From assembly GCA_019322485.1 (NCBI GenBank), contig JAHWIK010000027.1, positions 9,871-73,870 of the forward strand: a DNA stretch of 64,000 nt, given 5' to 3'. Position 1 is the first letter of the stretch. Every line of letters begins with the position of its first letter. The stretch comes from Candidatus Woesearchaeota archaeon. GTDB lineage: Archaea; Nanobdellota; Nanobdellia; Woesearchaeales; JAHWIC01. The notes below the pieces were generated by a model, which saw only the letters and a list, made by a program, of their open reading frames with translations, did not search any database and was not told the DNA's origin. Below are positions 50,684-60,038 of the stretch, in pieces. A program made the translations under genes and the position numbers.

Positions 50684-53600
50684 ACCACAATAAATTTATT
50701 GCTATGTTGTTGATTAAGCTAATCCTAGTTATGCCTCTATACACTGCTTTGGTATTTGCACAGCCCCAGCAGCAGGGGCCTTCTATAAGTGTGACTATAC
50801 CTAGGTATTACAATAAAAGGGTGATTGATATTACTGGCGGGGTAAGCCCTTATTCGATTGTTCGGCTTTATGTTGACAACAACCTCCTAATGAGCTTACC
50901 CCGCCCAGAAACTGAAGACAGCGTATTCGAGTTCAACAATATTAACCTTGGCAGCCACGGCACTACAAGGACAATAAAGATTGTTGCAGAAGACCAGGCA
51001 GGAAATACAAACGAAGAGGAATTTCTTATAACAGTTGATGAGGAAAAACCAGAGATTAGTGTCAGAGGCATACCGGAATATGCTTTCGAATCCAGGATAA
51101 GGCTCAATGGCTCTGTAAACAAGGAGGTAACAATAAATGCCTATGTTGTCCCAGCTGTAATTGACACAGTGGAACCAGCAAAGATTTATGGACTTGAGAA
51201 TAAGTCTGTGCGGCCAAACCTTGTAGAGCTTGGATGGCACCAGGCAAATGAAACAGATTTTGATAAGTATATTATTTACAGGAGTGATGTCGGGGTTATA
51301 GCAGCAGTATCTCCTGTTGATTATAATGCATACAATGATGTCTTGGTTAATTCAAATGAAACATACACTTATAGGGTTGCTGCTATGGACCTTGCAGGCA
51401 ACGTTGGCGGGCAGTCAGACCCATTAACAGTCACAGTTCCTCAGGGAGGCAGGACAGGCATCAAGAAACCAGAGGCAATAGACCCAAGCAAGGACAGAGG
51501 CCTGCAAAAAACCATCACTGCAACAGAAGATTTCAACTTTGAGATTGAGCTTGGTGAAGACGGACCTTATAATATAAGATTAGAGGCAACCGACGCTGCT
51601 GGAAACACACTAATAATTGAAAACCACACTATCCTTGATACAAAACCACCAGAATTTGAGGAGATACTGCCAAGAACAAGCACAAGGATATATGAAACCT
51701 ATGCAAAAGAGGTTGATATTGAGGGAAGGACAAAACCATTCACAAAGGTAAAAATCTATTTGAATGAGATTAGTGGTGTAGAAGATTTCTCAACAATCTC
51801 TGACTCAACTGGATTTTTTAGGTTAAATGATGTTGATATTACCTCTTACTTTAGAGGAAGCCTTATGCCAGAGCATGTTGGGGTTGGAGAGCTGGAAAGC
51901 AGGTATGGTGTTGTTGAAGAGGAATCAGGAAGGCATGCAAGAAAGGTAACGATTTACTTTGTTGCTGAGGACAGGTTTGGAAGAACAGCAGAGGCGACAG
52001 TCATATACAACATTGTAACATGCTGGGAAGGGAAGTTTGAGTGGAATGCAAGGCCACTGCTTGAATACCAAAGCCCATCGTGGTTAAGTGTTGAACGATT
52101 GGGGGAGGGAACTGAATCAATATACTTCTTCTTTAATTTCACTTATCTGGGAGAGGGCAGAGATGCAAGGATTGAAGGTATAAATTTCCAGAGAGCCTGT
52201 GATGACTACATCATGAAAGACCCAAGATACAATATAAGCTGCCAGATTATGCCAAGCTCCTGCACTGCAAAAGGAAATGATGACAATACAATGCAGTATG
52301 TTGCCTGTGACCTGGGGCAGTATGATGGATTTAATGATTTTGGCGAGGATGACTGGGTGGATTTCTTTGGAGCAATAAACAATGAGATGATATTCCCGTT
52401 CAGGGTAACGATAAGATACAGCCATATCATAGGCAATAACAGGACACGGGGGCATCAGACCTTTTGTGAGCCCGTAACCTTTGTTGTTGATTCAAGCAAA
52501 GTTGATTTTAGGGATGTCCTGCCTGACTGGCTGCTTTATGATGCAGTTGATTCAATAAATGAAACAATAACAACCCTAAATGAATGGCAGGAGCAGATAA
52601 AGAATGTGTTGGAATACCTGGGCATTGGCTGTGTGATTGCTTTTGGCCTCAAAACTGTTGCAACTATCTACCGAAGGTTTGTGTGCTATTGGGAAGGCTT
52701 CCAGGAAGAAACAAAGAAAATGTTTGACAAAGGGGTAGAGTCAGGAGAATATGAGGCAAAAGAGGGTGAGGAAGCGTGCAAGGCTAAACAGGATGAAAGA
52801 AACAAGCTTTCTGATGCGGACTTAGAGACAGACTGCACTCAATGTCATGGTGCATGGGACTTTGAGGAAAACCTTTACATTGCTTACAGGACTTTATGTG
52901 ACAGAGTTTTTTGCCATGATTCACCAGCAAGATGGACTGAGAATAAGCCGGATGCTGAGCTTTATGAAGCAGCTATTAAAGAGGTAAACCAATGCGGAGG
53001 TGATGACCGTGGCGTAAAGGGGCAGCCTTTAACACAAATATCATGCGCTCCATTAAGAAAGGCAGGTGCTCTTGACACACCTACAATAGACAAGAATAAT
53101 GCCGGAGATGAGTGCTACCAGGCCAGGGTGATGCTTCGTGATAAAATACCCGATATTGTGGTGTTTGTAAAAGAAAAAGATTCTGAAGAAGGTAAAACAG
53201 GAATTCATCATTTTACAAGCGTTTCTCTCCAGGCGCCCAGGGCTGGGTTCAAGCCAGACATCAATTTTTATGCTAAAGAGGTAGAAGGCTCTCTAAAGAA
53301 TTCTTATTATACTGCAAATGTAAAAACCTGTGAAGAGGTTTGCGGCAAGGAGTCAAAGCACCTGCGATGCATTCCATCAGAGCAGTGTCTTGCACTAAAT
53401 GCTCCTGAAAGTGAAGATAAAAAGAAAAAGATTAGGGAGATGAATATAGGCTTAGACCCTGATAAAGCGAAATACAGCAGCAAGCGTGCTGGCTATACAA
53501 GGGATTGTGTTTTTGGCAATCCAAGCGGATATTTACCTGACAAGATAAACTATATGAATGTTGAACCTGATACCGAATTCCCAGGAGATACTCTAAAAAA

Positions 53601-56475
53601 TACAAAAGAGTGCTGCTGTGTTTATGAAAGCGAGAAAGCGCCATCAAAGTTTTATATGGACGGGGACTATGGAATCAAAGCACATAAAGAAACAGGCTAT
53701 CCGGAATGGAGCTATAGGTATGACCAGATTAAGTTCAAAACAGGCCCTGACTCAGATGAGGCTAGAAAGCCTACGCACAGGGACCATACTGGATACAATC
53801 CAGACAGATACATAGCAGAGCGTGATTTTGCTGGCTGCTTTGGGCAGAATTATGTGCTTGACTTGAAAGGCACCAGTAAAATGAAGCTTGATCCTTTCAA
53901 GGATCACATTGCGACATTCCAATGCTTATGTGTGAGTGGGGTATACAACAGGCTGCAGTTAATCAAGAACATACTTACTGCTATGCAGAACTGCCTTGTT
54001 ACTGTAAGAACAACAGGTACTGCTGATACTGGTGTCTGTAAGGAATTGTTTTCGCAGTATGTTTGCTCATTAGTGTGGTACCTTATTTCTTTCCTGGAAA
54101 CTGGCTGCCTGCCATGGGGCGGAAAAGGAATTGACTTATCAAAATCAAACGATAATATATTAAATGCTGTCAAGGGCGGCACAAGTGCCATATTTGGAGG
54201 AATTGCAGAATCAGCAGCTGACTTAGCCTCAGATTATGGGAATGCACAGCTAAACAATTTGATTGGAGCTGGCGAAGGAGCAATTGTAAGGAAGATTTGC
54301 ATGGCTGCTTTTGGTTTTGACTGGGATTTTGATATTGAGGATTTGATGGATGTTGCTTACTCAACTCCTTATGCAACGTTGGTGCAGGCTGTAGCGCCAA
54401 GAAGGGAATATCTAACCTATGACCCAGTCAGTGGCCAGTCAAAATATGAGTACAGGGGCTCATGGATAATCAATCCTGGCTGTGATTTAGACAACTATAA
54501 TGTTTACCTAAGCTGTGTTTCAAGGAATGAGATGGACAAATACCCTGGAATTAACTGCGATGCTGTTAATGACCCTGAGGGAGTTAACTGCGACTGCTTA
54601 AATCTTAACAAAGAAGAAGTAAAGCTGTTCTATGACGGCAGGGGCTTAAAACAAAGTATTCTTGAAGATACTGACAAACATGACATCATAACATCAAGGA
54701 ACAGGTTTGACCATCTTAAGTTTGAACTAAAGCCAGCGCATGATATACCCCAGCGTACAAGGGAAAGGTGCTTCCCTGAGGGGCATGAAAATGGTGTATT
54801 CTATTTCCCAATAATGGATAAGACTGCAACTGATGTAGCCGCATGTTATGTTGATATTGCTACTGGCACATTTAACTGCCTTGTAGGGCTGCCTTTCTTC
54901 AAAGCCAAGGGAACTGGCTACTTTGTTGACTTAAAGCTAAACGAACAAAAAGCAGAAGACCTTAAACAGCTTCAGGTTGGTCAGCAGCTGGTCTTAACCC
55001 CAAGTGTATGGAAAGCTGCTGGGCCTGACCTTTGCCTTTATGTTGAATATCTAAGTTCAGGCAAATATAATGAGGAAGGCTCGCCATTTATTGTTCCTGT
55101 AGAGCAGCTTGGAACCAGAGAATACCCTCCAATTATAATTAGTGATGGTGTTTCTATGCGTGGTGTCCGGAGGTTCAACTTAAAGACCAGCAATCCTCCA
55201 GGAGGGGATATCATCCCAAGAACTCCTGAAATGGGGGCAAGGTTTGTTGCCGGAGAAACAATGGTCGTTCATTTCTATGACAAAGGCAAACAAGGAGGCG
55301 GGCAAGGAGCTGATGGTATAATAACAATAAACAGGAATAGCCTTGATGAGGTAATGGTTGAGAGGGTAGACGGAAGCCCAATTGCAATAAAAGACTCTGG
55401 TTACTTGGATAAGGATAAGAATAAGTTCGTACTCAAGAAAGGAGGGATTGTGTTCTTGGTTGATACTGTTACATTGCCGACTGTTGATGGGAAGAAGGTT
55501 GAGCAGGTTGCCTTCACAATAGCCTCAGAAGAAAGGACTGTTGCTGCAGAGCAGGAAACAAAAACATTAAAGGTTTCCCTGGTTTATCTAAAGGGGGATA
55601 ATTCAACAAAGTATATCGGTGCTCAAAACTGCAATACTGCTGATAAAGTAAAGTACCAAGGAAAAACGCAGGAAAGGGAATACAGGATTACTGTAAAAAC
55701 AGAGGTTGAGAGCGGGGTATGTCATTTTAACAGCACTGCTCCTGTTCCAAGGGCCTGTAAATGCGACGCCAGCACAAATAACTGCGGTTTAGATGCTGAC
55801 TATAGATACTGCTATGCTAAAGAGGGAGAAGATAAAAGAAGCTGCCGTGCGTATCCAAAATGCCCGGATGAAGTAAAAGGACTGAGTATTGCCTGTGACT
55901 GTGATGGAGACGGCGCAATAAACAATATCACTGCCCTGGCAGAGATAAAGAAGATGAACAACACCTGCGAAGGGGGGCCTGCGGAAAATAAATATTGTTG
56001 GAGTAAAGGTGGCGGGAAAAAGGGATGTCATGCAGATGCTAGTGGAGCTGCTCCTCCTGCGCCAGCTGCTGTGGGAGCTGCTGCTGGACCTGGTGCTGAG
56101 CCTCCTCCTGAACCTCCTGTTGTGGAAGTGTATACTTTCAGAAATGAACTTGTAGACAAAAATCTGCGTTGGCGCAGGGACGGAAGCAATGAGTATGTAG
56201 GAACTTTTAGTAAAAAGGATGATTCAGTTAATATTGAACTTTATGAGGGATTTATGCAAAGAGTTAAACCCAGAACCCAGGAAATAAATGAGGATAATGC
56301 AAGGTCAATAATCTGCGATAGTGTGATACAGCTTCAGCATGAAGTGCATGGACTTACTAGTTATTATCCTGTTGTTTTATATGATAAGGGAGCTATTACT
56401 TATCCCACTCCAGGCCAACAAAAAGAGGCCTATAAGCATTTATGCGAACCAGGGGCAAGCGGTGGAGCAGATTAA
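50680..56475 (+). CDS. Family A3, expanded paralog (1931 aa)
   Basis: ATGA overlap with the C3 stop. Signal FIAMLLIKLILVMPLYTALVFA, Ig-like units (DEEKPEI, DTKPPEF) and an FN3-like unit. TM LGIGCVIAFGLKTVATIY, a ~430-aa Cys-rich insert, then the family core FQCLCVSGVYNRLQLIKNILTAMQNCL...VCKELFSQYVCSLVWYLISFLETGC. A further ~840 aa follows, including an Ala/Pro linker. Confidence 0.8.
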   Translation: MNHNKFIAMLLIKLILVMPLYTALVFAQPQQQGPSISVTIPRYYNKRVIDITGGVSPYSIVRLYVDNNLLMSLPRPETEDSVFEFNNINLGSHGTTRTIKIVAEDQAGNTNEEEFLITVDEEKPEISVRGIPEYAFESRIRLNGSVNKEVTINAYVVPAVIDTVEPAKIYGLENKSVRPNLVELGWHQANETDFDKYIIYRSDVGVIAAVSPVDYNAYNDVLVNSNETYTYRVAAMDLAGNVGGQSDPLTVTVPQGGRTGIKKPEAIDPSKDRGLQKTITATEDFNFEIELGEDGPYNIRLEATDAAGNTLIIENHTILDTKPPEFEEILPRTSTRIYETYAKEVDIEGRTKPFTKVKIYLNEISGVEDFSTISDSTGFFRLNDVDITSYFRGSLMPEHVGVGELESRYGVVEEESGRHARKVTIYFVAEDRFGRTAEATVIYNIVTCWEGKFEWNARPLLEYQSPSWLSVERLGEGTESIYFFFNFTYLGEGRDARIEGINFQRACDDYIMKDPRYNISCQIMPSSCTAKGNDDNTMQYVACDLGQYDGFNDFGEDDWVDFFGAINNEMIFPFRVTIRYSHIIGNNRTRGHQTFCEPVTFVVDSSKVDFRDVLPDWLLYDAVDSINETITTLNEWQEQIKNVLEYLGIGCVIAFGLKTVATIYRRFVCYWEGFQEETKKMFDKGVESGEYEAKEGEEACKAKQDERNKLSDADLETDCTQCHGAWDFEENLYIAYRTLCDRVFCHDSPARWTENKPDAELYEAAIKEVNQCGGDDRGVKGQPLTQISCAPLRKAGALDTPTIDKNNAGDECYQARVMLRDKIPDIVVFVKEKDSEEGKTGIHHFTSVSLQAPRAGFKPDINFYAKEVEGSLKNSYYTANVKTCEEVCGKESKHLRCIPSEQCLALNAPESEDKKKKIREMNIGLDPDKAKYSSKRAGYTRDCVFGNPSGYLPDKINYMNVEPDTEFPGDTLKNTKECCCVYESEKAPSKFYMDGDYGIKAHKETGYPEWSYRYDQIKFKTGPDSDEARKPTHRDHTGYNPDRYIAERDFAGCFGQNYVLDLKGTSKMKLDPFKDHIATFQCLCVSGVYNRLQLIKNILTAMQNCLVTVRTTGTADTGVCKELFSQYVCSLVWYLISFLETGCLPWGGKGIDLSKSNDNILNAVKGGTSAIFGGIAESAADLASDYGNAQLNNLIGAGEGAIVRKICMAAFGFDWDFDIEDLMDVAYSTPYATLVQAVAPRREYLTYDPVSGQSKYEYRGSWIINPGCDLDNYNVYLSCVSRNEMDKYPGINCDAVNDPEGVNCDCLNLNKEEVKLFYDGRGLKQSILEDTDKHDIITSRNRFDHLKFELKPAHDIPQRTRERCFPEGHENGVFYFPIMDKTATDVAACYVDIATGTFNCLVGLPFFKAKGTGYFVDLKLNEQKAEDLKQLQVGQQLVLTPSVWKAAGPDLCLYVEYLSSGKYNEEGSPFIVPVEQLGTREYPPIIISDGVSMRGVRRFNLKTSNPPGGDIIPRTPEMGARFVAGETMVVHFYDKGKQGGGQGADGIITINRNSLDEVMVERVDGSPIAIKDSGYLDKDKNKFVLKKGGIVFLVDTVTLPTVDGKKVEQVAFTIASEERTVAAEQETKTLKVSLVYLKGDNSTKYIGAQNCNTADKVKYQGKTQEREYRITVKTEVESGVCHFNSTAPVPRACKCDASTNNCGLDADYRYCYAKEGEDKRSCRAYPKCPDEVKGLSIACDCDGDGAINNITALAEIKKMNNTCEGGPAENKYCWSKGGGKKGCHADASGAAPPAPAAVGAAAGPGAEPPPEPPVVEVYTFRNELVDKNLRWRRDGSNEYVGTFSKKDDSVNIELYEGFMQRVKPRTQEINEDNARSIICDSVIQLQHEVHGLTSYYPVVLYDKGAITYPTPGQQKEAYKHLCEPGASGGAD

Positions 56476-56494
56476 GTAATTACTAAAATCCAAA

Positions 56495-57319
56495 ATGTCA
56501 AACCTAATAACAACTTCTCTAAAACAATCCTTTAAACTGGTAAAAAAACACAAAAGGATAGTTTTAGGATTATTAATCCTGCAGATAATATTTCTCAGCC
56601 TGATGATTGGCTTGCAGATGCATTATCAGATGAAGGCATTTGAGGTTGCTGAAGTGGTGATGGAATATCTCGACCAGCAGGACCTGAGTGATATTGAGGT
56701 TGCAAAAAACATTGTTACTGGCAGCAATATACTGGGGGATGACCCCTTGATGATTTACAGAAACTACAGAAAGATAGCTGGCTTTATGGTTAGATTAAGT
56801 ATTTACAGCCTTGTTGTTTATCTCGTTTTTGGAAGCCTGAACTGGGCCCTAACAGACCAGTTGATTTATGGGAAGAACAAAAAGAGATTCCTGGCTTATA
56901 TTGGGAAGTTCTGTTTGCTTGCCATGGGTTTTTTGGCATTAATTTTCCTGCTTGCATATTCCAGCCTTAAAGGGGTGATTGGAGGGCTTATTTTAGAAAC
57001 ATTAACTTCTGGGAATTTTGTTTATCTGATTTTGGGGTTAGCATTGCTCTATTTCATGTTTATCTCATTTGCATTGATATCAAGGATTAAATTCAAGGAG
57101 ATATTAAGAAAGGCATTAATGCTCGGAGCAAAGAAAGCGCATATAATTCTGCTTGTGTATTTGATTAATTTAGTAATTATAGTTTTACTTGTTAGGCTGG
57201 TGCATTTCCTGAGCACAAAAAGTATTTTCCTGTTATCACTAGCTTTATTATTGCTGCTCTTTAGTATTGTATGGACAAGAATATTCCTGGTTTTGGTCGT
57301 TGACAAGTTAAAGATTTAG
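56495..57319 (+). CDS. Family D2: polytopic membrane protein (274 aa)
   Basis: Same length class and hydropathy layout as D1, with the shared motif ILRKALMLGAKKAHIILLVYLI. It is the last gene of the operon. Confidence 0.7.
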   Translation: MSNLITTSLKQSFKLVKKHKRIVLGLLILQIIFLSLMIGLQMHYQMKAFEVAEVVMEYLDQQDLSDIEVAKNIVTGSNILGDDPLMIYRNYRKIAGFMVRLSIYSLVVYLVFGSLNWALTDQLIYGKNKKRFLAYIGKFCLLAMGFLALIFLLAYSSLKGVIGGLILETLTSGNFVYLILGLALLYFMFISFALISRIKFKEILRKALMLGAKKAHIILLVYLINLVIIVLLVRLVHFLSTKSIFLLSLALLLLLFSIVWTRIFLVLVVDKLKI

Positions 57320-57324
57320 TTTTG

Positions 57325-57873
57325 TTATTTTACAGGTTCTCCATAAGGAAACTCTGGTTCTTTACCATAGTTACTCCATCCACTGCGTTCATATTGCTTA
57401 AGGGATGTTTCAAGCTCTTCTTTAGAAAATTCTCCTCTAAAAGTGTCAGTGTCCATGTGCACCCAAACACCATCAGCAGAAGACTCACTTATTGTGGGAT
57501 CTGGAAAAGCTTTTTTGAACCCTTCTGAGGAGAATGAATCTATTGTAGGGTAAAGTGACCAAACACGATAATTTGTTGTATTTACGAGAGCATCCCTGTG
57601 CGATTGCCCACTTCTCCACCAATACATCAATACTTGTCCGCAAGCGTCCTCTAATGAAACATCGTTTGCTTCTGCAATATTCTTTACATATTCAACTGCT
57701 CCTTTTTCAACCTTATATTTTCCAATCTGTGAGTAATCTGAGTTAATTGGTCTAACTAGATTTGAATCATCTTCTGCTCCACGAAAACATCCACCTAGAA
57801 AGCGAAGTACTAGATATCCAGCTCCAGCTCTTGCAGAACTTCTTAAGAAATCTCTTCTTGATTCATCTATCAA
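57325..57873 (-). CDS. Putative Tat-exported lipoprotein, weak SCP/CAP-like C-terminal motif
   Basis: Start is TTG (57871-57873), preceded by GAGGT at suitable spacing. The twin-arginine motif SRRDFLR is followed by AGAGYLVLRFLGGC (lipobox-like LGGC). WWRSGQSHRDALVN is reminiscent of the CAP/YkwD W..S..HR.N motif (weak). Confidence 0.5.
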   Translation of the reverse strand: MIDESRRDFLRSSARAGAGYLVLRFLGGCFRGAEDDSNLVRPINSDYSQIGKYKVEKGAVEYVKNIAEANDVSLEDACGQVLMYWWRSGQSHRDALVNTTNYRVWSLYPTIDSFSSEGFKKAFPDPTISESSADGVWVHMDTDTFRGEFSKEELETSLKQYERSGWSNYGKEPEFPYGEPVK

Positions 57874-57898
57874 TTTAAAGTACCTCTTCTACTCCTCG

Positions 57899-59080
57899 TC
57901 ATTGCTCTCCATCAGCTTCTTCGCTGCCTGCATCAGGTTCAGCGCTTTCATCGTCAGCATCTGGTTCTTCTTCTGAGTTAGGTTCTCCTTCAGCATCAGC
58001 TTCGTCAGCATCTGGCTCCCCATCATCAGTTTCATTTGTTTTAGCATAATCAGCTTCTTTTTCTGACTCTTCTTTAAGCTCTTCTTCTACCATTGCTTTT
58101 GCATAATCAACAGCATCCTCATAATCAAGGCCTTCTTCCTCAATTGCTTGTCTGATATAGGCTTCTAATCTAGCACCCAAACTTTTAATAAAACCATAAT
58201 TTTCTCTAACCTCTCCAAGCCTTGTTTCAGCTATCCTAGCTAAATCAAGGTATAACTGGCGCTTAGATGACTCTGTTCTTGGAACAGTTAATGCGTGCCC
58301 CCTAGGCTCTTTCTCAGCAAGTTTTTTGAAGAATTCATGAATATGAGCCTCTAGCTCAGATTCGCTGTGAATCTTAAGCGCACCATGAGCAGCCATCTCA
58401 TGCGCCATAATAAAATACATATCAAGAGTCTCAGGGTCCATATCATAGTAATCTGCTAATGCTTTAATCATTGCAGTGTAATCTTTGTTAACAGCCAGGG
58501 TTTTTCCATCAGTGGTTATTGCAGCAATATCTTGACCTGGCATAACCTCTCCAGCGATTATATTGATTGCAATCTGCTCAATATTCAATTCTTTTCCTTT
58601 AGATAATGCCTTATACTCTTCTGTAGCCATATAATTCTTAATTTTTTGCCTTACAGTTTCAAGCATTGAGACTGCTTTTCCCACATCCTTAAGAGGAACA
58701 AGCATCAGCTCGTCATGGACATATTTGTTTAAGTAAGCAACAGCCAATCTCTGGTGCATAGTCTGGACAGCTCCAATAAAAGGCATTCGGTTATCAGTTT
58801 CAATTGCATGAGAGCCTTCAAGCCAGCCTTCAAGGCTGCGTTCAATCATAACTGTACGGTCAGCAAATAAGGCGTTATATCGGTCTAAATCAATACGCTG
58901 CTCTTGGTTATGCCTCTGCAAAGGGCTGGAAAGAACTGAAACTGATTTGCCATCAGCAATCCTGAAACTTCCCTGGTATACCCCTACTAAAGGAACGCTT
59001 ACTGGTTTTGGCATTTCATAGCCTGCTCTAGCTAAACCTTCAACAGTAGGATACACCTCTATATTGCATAACATAGTCAT
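57899..59080 (-). CDS. HExxH-motif protein with polyacidic C-terminal tail (putative metallopeptidase-like)
   Basis: 393 aa with an ATG start. Contains FIMAHEMAAHG (HExxH). The last ~50 aa are D/E-rich (EPDADEADAEGEPNSEEEPDADDESAEPDAGSEEADGEQ). No family recognised. Confidence 0.55.
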   Translation of the reverse strand: MTMLCNIEVYPTVEGLARAGYEMPKPVSVPLVGVYQGSFRIADGKSVSVLSSPLQRHNQEQRIDLDRYNALFADRTVMIERSLEGWLEGSHAIETDNRMPFIGAVQTMHQRLAVAYLNKYVHDELMLVPLKDVGKAVSMLETVRQKIKNYMATEEYKALSKGKELNIEQIAINIIAGEVMPGQDIAAITTDGKTLAVNKDYTAMIKALADYYDMDPETLDMYFIMAHEMAAHGALKIHSESELEAHIHEFFKKLAEKEPRGHALTVPRTESSKRQLYLDLARIAETRLGEVRENYGFIKSLGARLEAYIRQAIEEEGLDYEDAVDYAKAMVEEELKEESEKEADYAKTNETDDGEPDADEADAEGEPNSEEEPDADDESAEPDAGSEEADGEQ

Positions 59081-59110
59081 TTGTAACTATTAAAGAGTGG
59101 TAAAACTAGT

Positions 59111-59125
59111 ATATAAAGGTTTCGG
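59111..59125 (-). promoter_or_regulatory. BRE/TATA-like promoter element (minus strand CCGAAACCTTTATAT)
   Basis: The reverse complement of 59111-59125 matches the window's promoter consensus, about 30 nt upstream of the start at 59080. Confidence 0.5.
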
Positions 59126-59176
59126 TTTTTAAAGAGGAAATGCTAAGAACTTGCTAAATAAAATTATGAGAAAAAG

Positions 59177-59917
59177 CTATTCTTTGCTGTACTCTGTTTG
59201 CATATCTTTAAAGTTTTTAAAGTGCTTTTTGTTTAGAGTTACGTGTTCAGCTGTTTTTGCTGCGCCAGTCCAATTTGCTTCAACATGAGTTAAATAATCA
59301 TCGTTCTCTAGTCCTTTTGCCCACTCTGCTTTTGGATGAATAGCCTGGGCTTTCTTTTCTAAAGCACTCAGGTGCTCTTTATTATGGGTTATAGCTGAGC
59401 GATATTCACTCCTTATGTCTGTTGCTACGATCTCTCCACTTTTTTCTATTAAATCTTTCAGAGGTTTACTCTTATAGATATCCTCATAAGCATCCTCAGC
59501 AAGATGTTTTATTAATCCAAGACTATCTGCGCCAAGCGGTCTAAGATATTTGTCCAGGTAACTAAGAAGTACGTCTTCTGGCATACCTTCAACAGCCTTT
59601 TTTGTATGCCTCTTACCCACCACTGATTTTGCAATCTGTAAAACAATAGCTCTTGCATGATTGTAATTGCCTTTAAGGTCCTGTTTTCCGATAGAGAATT
59701 CAGCTGGCATGCCAGTATCTTCATCCTTGGCGTGGCCAAGGCCTTTCTTGCTTGTTAAATACTTATTAATGCCCGCTTTGATTTCATCTCCAAGGGTACT
59801 CCTTATACGATCCAGTTTCTTAGTCCCAGCCTGACCTGGAACTGAATAATTTCTTAATGATTTGAGAAGTGAAGTAAGATCTCTTTCATGCAATGATTTT
59901 TCGCCCTCGCCAGTCAT
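59177..59917 (-). CDS. Hypothetical protein (246 aa)
   Basis: Long ORF with an ATG start and its own upstream BRE/TATA-like box. It is soluble and Lys-rich, with no motif recognised. Confidence 0.6.
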   Translation of the reverse strand: MTGEGEKSLHERDLTSLLKSLRNYSVPGQAGTKKLDRIRSTLGDEIKAGINKYLTSKKGLGHAKDEDTGMPAEFSIGKQDLKGNYNHARAIVLQIAKSVVGKRHTKKAVEGMPEDVLLSYLDKYLRPLGADSLGLIKHLAEDAYEDIYKSKPLKDLIEKSGEIVATDIRSEYRSAITHNKEHLSALEKKAQAIHPKAEWAKGLENDDYLTHVEANWTGAAKTAEHVTLNKKHFKNFKDMQTEYSKE

Positions 59918-59950
59918 TTTTAATCAAAGACATTCCATGTAGCTCTCAAA

Positions 59951-59965
59951 TATAAACCTTTCGGT
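59951..59965 (-). promoter_or_regulatory. BRE/TATA-like promoter element (minus strand ACCGAAAGGTTTATA)
   Basis: The reverse complement matches the consensus, 34 nt upstream of the start at 59917. It is divergent from the + strand promoter at 59997-60012. Confidence 0.5.
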
Positions 59966-59996
59966 TTTCACTATGAAAGAATGGATATAAGTTTCA

Positions 59997-60012
59997 GCAA
60001 AAACTTTATATA
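59997..60012 (+). promoter_or_regulatory. BRE/TATA-like promoter element (GCAAAAACTTTATATA)
   Basis: Ends 27 nt before the ATG at 60039, implying a leaderless-type arrangement. Confidence 0.5.
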
Positions 60013-60038
60013 CTACGCAGATAACTTTTTGACTTAAG

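Noticed and set aside
51085-51093. TTCGAATCC (tRNA T-arm-like string)
   Set aside because: It lies inside the A3 coding frame (YAFESRI), with no acceptor or anticodon stems around it. No tRNA gene was recognised anywhere in the window.
31058-57319. Apparent higher GC content of the A-D block, suggesting a horizontally acquired island
   Set aside because: Hand counts of single 60-nt lines gave 28-31 G+C of 60 inside the block. Outside it the same count ranged from 17 up to 27-28 of 60 (e.g. lines at 4201 and 22801). The sampled ranges overlap, so I cannot support a compositional shift without a proper sliding-window calculation.
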